The notes below the pieces were generated by a model. The model worked only from the letters and a program-made list of their open reading frames with translations, was not told the origin of the DNA and made no database searches. Below are positions 57,784 through 64,000 of a DNA stretch of 64,000 bases, one piece after another. The stretch's first letter is position 1. Each line of letters opens with the position of its first letter. The DNA lies in assembly GCA_951406725.2 (NCBI GenBank), contig OX597817.1, forward strand, positions 31,806,001 to 31,870,000. Direction: 5' to 3'. Source of the stretch: Octopus vulgaris (lineage: Eukaryota). The translations under genes and the position numbers were made by a program.

Positions 57784-57785
<2 letters not shown>
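55453..57785 (-). mobile_element. R4/Dong-clade non-LTR retrotransposon, 5'-truncated, inserted in (TAA)n
   Basis: ORF plus ~225-bp 3' UTR; TAA tracts at both ends (55432-55452, 57785-57878). Confidence 0.95.
55679..57784 (-). CDS. Partial ORF (~700 aa): reverse transcriptase, CCHC zinc finger, PD-(D/E)xK restriction-like endonuclease; no genuine start codon
   Basis: NYRPITCL, WIDYKKAFDS, GIFLGDSLSPLLF, YMDD, YKYLG, CRVC..ETIDHVVSKC, RHD, RPDIIL..LIDMTVP..KLSKYKDL, PVVIGALG; uninterrupted frame. Confidence 0.95.
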
Positions 57786-57858
<73 letters not shown>

Positions 57859-57878
57859 CATTATTATTATTATCATTA

Positions 57879-58085
57879 AGACGGCGAACTGACAGAAACA
57901 CATCGAACAAAATGCTTAGAGGCATTTCTTCCGGCTTTTTGCGTTCTGAATTCAAACACCACCAAGGTTAACTTTGCCATTCATCTTTGCGGAGTCGATA
58001 AAATAAAGCGCTCGCCAAGCAATGAGATCAATGTAATCCCAGTGCTTGGCTCAATTTTACTGGCTTTGTGCCAAGTAAAAAAAAG
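57879..58085 (+). mobile_element. Diverged SINE family B
   Basis: GACGGCGAACTGACAGAAAC...GCCATTCATCTTTGCGGAGTCGAT. Confidence 0.7.
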
Positions 58086-58178
58086 AAAACACCATCATAA
58101 GCAATATCTTGGTCCCCCATCCTTCTCCTCCTCTTCGTCCTCCTCCTCTTCGTCCTCCTCCTCCTCCTCCTCCTCCTC

Positions 58179-58255
<77 letters not shown>

Positions 58256-58268
58256 CATTATTATTATT

Positions 58269-58821
58269 GAGTGAGAGAGCAGTGCATGCCATCAAAGTGA
58301 CACTGGGGTAAAATATACGAAGCCCAGTATACCCATCATGACTACTCGTCTGATAAGGGTACACTAGGCACATGCATCACAACCATATGTGCGCGACATG
58401 GTGATCTCATATCAAGATAAACAGCACATGACCTTGCAGGTGGGGCCCAGTTAGAATTTTCTTCAGGTCGAGTAACCCATCCCACTCGAAAGGTCCCTGA
58501 ATAAGGGTTGTTTAAGGATGTTGAACGAAACACCCATGTTTCTAGAGGTGAATTATTCAAATCCCAAAGAATCCCTCTCAACACATGGCTATGATGCTGC
58601 CTCACTACTTCTGCTCATGATCAGAGACGCACATATCGTCAGCCACTAAAGGACATGCTCAACTGGTTAAGGTCAATTAACTGACAAGCAAATCTGTGGT
58701 ATTGAGCAGAATATTTGATGTAGCCCATCTTTTATATCAAGACAAAACAATGTACATGATAACACTTCCAATCAGTTAAGATCAGAAGCCATGAGAGCCA
58801 CTGCCTGGTACTGCATCAGGG

Positions 58822-58823
<2 letters not shown>
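58269..58823. mobile_element. Unclassified ~550-bp (TAA)n-associated element, copy 3
   Basis: Same termini as copy 1; long (ATT)n on both sides. Confidence 0.88.
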
Positions 58824-58864
<41 letters not shown>

Positions 58865-58895
58865 ATTATTATCATTATTATTATTATTATTATTA

Positions 58896-58998
<103 letters not shown>

Positions 58999-59624
58999 CA
59001 CCCTCACCATAACGGCCAGTAGCACCAATACTAACACTACCACTCCAATCATCATCATCATCTACTTTGTATTCTTTGTCCTCTTCTACATATATTTAAA
59101 TCTATTTTTATCCCTCTTTCTTCTAATTTTCCCTTTTCTTTTCAGCCCTCTTTTCTCTTCATTCCAGCCCTCCTACGAACTCAGTTGTTTACACTTATGA
59201 TTAATAATGAGAACAACTGTAGAGAGAGAGAGAGTGAGGAAAAGGTGTAATGGTACATTGTCTGCACTGTGAAGTAGCAGCGAGCAGAAAAAAAACCCAC
59301 AACCCACTCTAATTCACTGTATTCTTCCGCCTATTGCAACACTGGATAGATCTTACATACACCTACAACTACTCACTTCACTCAGTCATATACATATGTT
59401 CATGCAGACATATACCTAGTCTTTTCAACAGTAACTGTTTCGTTGTTATTCTTAAAATTGCTTTACAATAGTAACTCCCAATTAACACATCACACGCACA
59501 CATTTTTAGATGCATACCACAAGCATATATACAAACAAATACCGACTAACATACGTATACAAACACGCAAACATTATAAAACCAAGTAAAGAAACAAACC
59601 TACACTTATAATATAGTCATCTAT

Positions 59625-59838
59625 ACAGATGAAAACCTATTTCTTTACTACCCACAAGGGGCTAAACACAGAGAGGACAAACAAGGACAGGCAAACGGAT
59701 TAAGTAGATTACATCGACCCCAGTGTGTAACTGGTACTTATTTAATCGACCCCGAAAGGATGAAAGGCAAAGTCGACCTCGGCGGAATTTGAACTCAGAA
59801 CGTAGCGGCAGACGAAATACCGCTAAGCATTTCGCCCG
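59625..59838 (-). mobile_element. SINE family B (tail A plus start of a second unit)
   Basis: Homology to the 19128 units. Confidence 0.85.
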
Positions 59839-61133
59839 CGGTTGAACAGTTCATAGGCTGACCATGGAATGTCACCAAATGAACTTTTCAACATAATCCC
59901 CTTTGCGGTCCATAAACGTCTTCCATCGATGTTGCAGCGCTTGGATCCCATTAGTCAATAAATTTTCATCTTTTTGCTCAAAAAAATAATTAGCAGATAT
60001 GACGTCATTATTACTGCCATGCTGGTTTACAGCTAAGTATTTTTTCATGTTGGGAAACAGATGATAGTCAGATGGGGCCAAATCAGGAGAATAAGGAGAG
60101 CGATCAAGTAGTTCCAAACCACAGTCACACAAAAGGACTTGTGTGCTGGTGCATTGTCCTGATGAAACAAGACCACTCCGCTTTCGTTGGCGGGTTGGTC
60201 TTGATAGCTTTTCATAACTGCCTCAGCAAGTTGGCACCGTACTTTCCATTGATGGTGCGGCCCTTTTGAAGATAGCCAATAAATATGCCTTTCGCATCCT
60301 AAAATTCTGAGGTTATCACTTTCTCTGCAGATGAAACGACCTTGGCCTTCTTTGGAGAGGGTGAGAAGTGGTGTTTCCTCTGCATGGATTGTCCCTTTGT
60401 ATTTGGCTCAAAATGATGAACCTAACGCTCATCCTGGGCTTGGAAACGTTCAAGAAAACAGCTTGACCTTCCCGAAACAATGTCAGATTTTCCCTTGATG
60501 TGATCATCCTAGTGTGCTTTTGATCACATGTCAGCAGATACTGTCGTCATATTAAGTTCATTGTACAGAATATTCTCAACTCTCCCATAGGATATACTAA
60601 TAGCATTGGCTGTTTCATTTATAGTCAGTTGCCCGTCATCCATCACCATAAATTTTGTCCTATAGCAATAGGACAAAATTTATCATGTTTACTCTCAACC
60701 GAAGTAAGGCCCTATAAAACCTCACTACCTCCTCCTGGTCCAATAGAGGAAAAAAAAACTCGAACTCGATCAACGTTTTCCTCTATAGTGGCAGTAGCAA
60801 GACGTTCAGACATCTAAATTCAGCTGCCCACTTTTGCACAGTTGATAACGCTAGAGCATCTTCCCTTAATGTAACAATTATGTCAGCATGAATGTCCTTG
60901 GGGGCTAAACCCTTTTTATGCAGGTACTTGATAACACCCCGATGCCAGATTTTGTCCACTTTCAAGAGAAGTCGCTACTAGTTACTTTTAAAGCCTTCTT
61001 TGAAGAGTTAGATGTCAGTTTACCTGGAGAGAAACAATGCAGTTATTAATAAGGAGAGCTGAAATTAATGCATGCAAGATTTCCCAGCTCTAGCATCACA
61101 CCTATGAACTATGAACTTTTCAGGCCACCCTCG
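59839..61133 (-). mobile_element. Mariner (Tc1/mariner) transposon with decayed transposase
   Basis: HRGVIKYLHKKGLAPKDIHAD...STVQKWAAEF, FHQDNAPAH, PYSPDLAPSDYHLFPNMKK; TIR remnants GTTGAACAGTTCATAGG / CTATGAACTTTTCAGGCCACCCTCG|TA. Confidence 0.92.
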
Positions 61134-61225
61134 TAAATATATTTGACAAGTGCTCAATAAAATGTGTGTGCGTTAAGATAAGACAGACAGACAGGCACAC
61201 ACACATTTCATTGAGCACTTTGCTC

Positions 61226-61294
<69 letters not shown>

Positions 61295-61394
61295 TAATCC
61301 AAACATGAAAACACAAAGAGAAAACACAACAACGCAAGGACGTGGAACAAGTATAGTGTTATTGGACACTCAGGAAAGGAAAGAGAGAAGGAGG

Positions 61395-61429
61395 ATTTAA
61401 TGTTTCGAGCGGAGCTCTTCGTCAGAAAC
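61395..61429 (-). ncRNA. Minimal hammerhead ribozyme in a Penelope-type pLTR remnant (61290-61505)
   Basis: GTTT-CTGACGA-A-GAGC-TCC-GCTC-GAAA-CA-TT-AAAT; intact CUGANGA and GAAA boxes. Confidence 0.72.
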
Positions 61430-61807
61430 ATAGAAAAAGGAAAGATCCAAGAAAGGGAAGACGGAGGAAAAAAAATCGCCAACGATACATACACGGTCAC
61501 ATATTGAATATATATTTATATATATATTTTTTTTTTAACCGGTGTTGTTCAAACGATGAATAGCCTTCGAGTAAACCACTGGTTCGTTTTGTTCTCTTAC
61601 TTTATTATCATCTTATAATCATCACATAATAATGACCTTTATGACTCGTATTACTACCTCAGTCAATCTAAATGTATATATTTGACACTACCTGTCATAA
61701 AAAGCCTTTTTCTATCTGCAATATGCATTTTCGTAGATTTTTCATATTTTACCCTTACATTTCCACGTGTATTTTATATTTTCTTTTCGTAACATATTTC
61801 TACTATA

Positions 61808-61889
<82 letters not shown>

Positions 61890-61989
61890 CTTAGTCTATG
61901 AGATATTTATTCCTATGGATCATCATGATACTTTTGATTTTTAAAATAATTTCTTTTCATAACGAAAATAAGAATTACACTAACGGTTT

Positions 61990-62417
61990 CTAATTTAAGT
62001 ACAAGGCAAATTCGAGAAAAGTAATCGATATAATGGGCCCGAGAATTTGAGTGGTACTTTATTTTATGGACCCCGAAAGAATGAAAGGAAAAGTAGACCT
62101 TGTCGGGATTTGAATCAGAACATACAGAGCTGGAACAAATACCGGAAAGAATTTTTTTCCATTGCCCGAATGATTCTGTCAGCTCACCGTTTCTGCATAA
62201 TAAAATGCAATAACTCTTTCTACGCTAGAATTTTAAAGGAGGAGGATAGTAAATTAAATCGATCCCAGTACTCAACTGCTACTTATTTCATCAATCTCGG
62301 AAGGATGAAAGGCAATGTCGACCTCGGCGGAAATTGAACTCAGAACGAAATGCTACTAAGCATTTTGTCCTGCGTGTTAACGATTTTGAGAGAATAATGA
62401 TGATGATGATGATGATG

Positions 62418-62500
<83 letters not shown>

Positions 62501-62740
62501 GATGATAATCATGATGATGATGATGATGATGATGATAATCATGATGATGATCCTTTCTATTATAAGCACAAGGCCCGAGGTTTCGAGGGAGTAAACTTGT
62601 CGATTATATCGATCCCAGAATTTCACTGGTATTTAACTCATCGACCCCGAAAGGATGAAAGGCAAAGACGACCTCGCCGGAATTGGAACTCAGAACGCAG
62701 CGACGGGCAAAATACCTATTTCTATTTCTTTACTACCCAC
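61990..62740 (-). mobile_element. Cluster of diverged SINE family B copies around an (ATG)/(AAT) microsatellite
   Basis: Repeated CCGAAAGGATGAAAGGCAA...ACCTCG-like sequence. Confidence 0.7.
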
Positions 62741-62913
62741 ATTCCTTAACTATTGTATGAAGTGCCTTGCTCAAGAACAAAACGATCCGGGAACTGAACT
62801 CACTACCTCATGATTGTGAGCCCGAGGCTCTAACCACTGAGCCATGCGCCTTCACACACACACACACACACATACACACGTATGTGTGTGTGTAACATAT
62901 ATATGTTTGGATT

Positions 62914-63308
62914 AACTCTTTTACTGGCTTCAGTCATTTGACTGCGGCCATGCTGGAGCACTACTTTTAGTCGAGCAACTCGACCCTGGGACTTATTCTT
63001 TGTAAGCCCAGTACGTATTCTATCGGTCTCTTTTGCCGAACCGCTAGGTGACGGCGACGTAAACACACCAGCATCGGTTGTCAAGCAATGCTAGGGAGAC
63101 AAACACAGACACACAAACACATACACATATATATATATACATATACATATATACGACAGGCTTCTTTCAGTTTCCGTCTACCAAATCCACTCACAAGGCA
63201 TTGATCGGCCCGGGGCTATAGCAGAAGACACATGCCCAAGATGCCACGCAGTGGGACTGAACCCGGAACCATGTTGCTGGTAAGCAAGCTACTTACCACA
63301 CAGCCACT
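62914..63308 (-). mobile_element. SINE family A copy
   Basis: Homology to family A. Confidence 0.88.
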
Positions 63309-63310
63309 CA

Positions 63311-63346
<36 letters not shown>

Positions 63347-63398
63347 TGTATGTATGTATGTATGTATGTATCTCTCTCCACCACTTATCTCTATTTCC

Positions 63399-63434
<36 letters not shown>

Positions 63435-64000
63435 CTCTCTCTTTCACCTCCTCTCCTCGTGTCCTTCTATCGTCGTTATTTGACGTTCACACTCTTTCTC
63501 CCTCCCTCCCTCTTCAAACCTTTCTATATCTCAGCTCCTAACAACTCTCTCTCTCTCCCTTCCCCCCTTTCGCTCTCACAGTTATTCTTCCTTTCTCTCT
63601 TTAGCACCCCTCTCTCTCTTTCCGTCTCTTTCTTACACCTCTTTCTTCACTTTCTCCTCACTAGTATATATTTTTACCCTCAACTGCTGTTCATTTGCTC
63701 CAACTTTCATAACTCCCACGTTTTTTTTTTAGTTTGTTTGTTTCTGCGATTTTTATTTACTAGATTTCTTTTTGCTTTTGATTGATATTTATTTTTTCCC
63801 CCCTTTCTGTTATCACTTTCCATCTCTCTCCCTCTTTCACTCCCATCCCCCCTCTCTCTCTCTCTCTCTCTCTTTCTCTCTTTCCCTTTCTCTTGTTTCT
63901 TAAGTTCCTCTTTCTTCGTTTTCTTCCTCTCTCTTTTCTGCACGTTTAACTCCTCCCTCTGTTTCCCTCCATTTTTTTTTCTTTTACTCCTCCCTGCAAT

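Noticed and set aside
57785-57955. N-terminal 57 aa of the 758-aa ORF
   Set aside because: Derived from an antisense SINE and (AAT)n; chance in-frame extension of a 5'-truncated LINE.
58269-58823. Telomerase RNA, SECIS or hammerhead interpretation of the 550-bp element
   Set aside because: No full CUAACCCUAA template or H/ACA end, no apical AA in SECIS geometry, and CTGAAGA/GAAAC cannot be closed by a stem II.

Overview
This is a repeat-saturated, AT-rich eukaryotic window. The combination of tRNA-derived SINE families, R4/Dong LINEs, Penelope remnants and very long microsatellites suggests a coleoid cephalopod, probably Octopus (inference, no database search run). No host protein-coding exon could be supported, and almost all ORFs in the track are microsatellite or SINE artefacts. 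The only long real ORF is a 5'-truncated R4/Dong-clade LINE (RT, CCHC, restriction-like endonuclease; 55679-57784, minus) sitting in (TAA)n. Decayed elements include further R4 fragments, an RTE LINE, L1/Tx1-like pieces, a mariner, a non-autonomous Helitron, a MITE and a Penelope-like element (GIY-YIG, inverted pseudo-LTR, hammerhead). The most interesting signals are: (1) an unclassified ~550-bp element, present three times at full length and associated with (TAA)n like Dong; (2) a SINE forming exact 184-bp multimers through one recurrent junction; (3) a Penelope pseudo-LTR with a tRNA-like head upstream of a hammerhead ribozyme; (4) several minimal hammerhead motifs beside microsatellites; (5) an ~830-bp foldback; (6) head/body/tail shuffling among SINEs. 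Family names come from motif recognition by eye, and boundaries of decayed elements are approximate.
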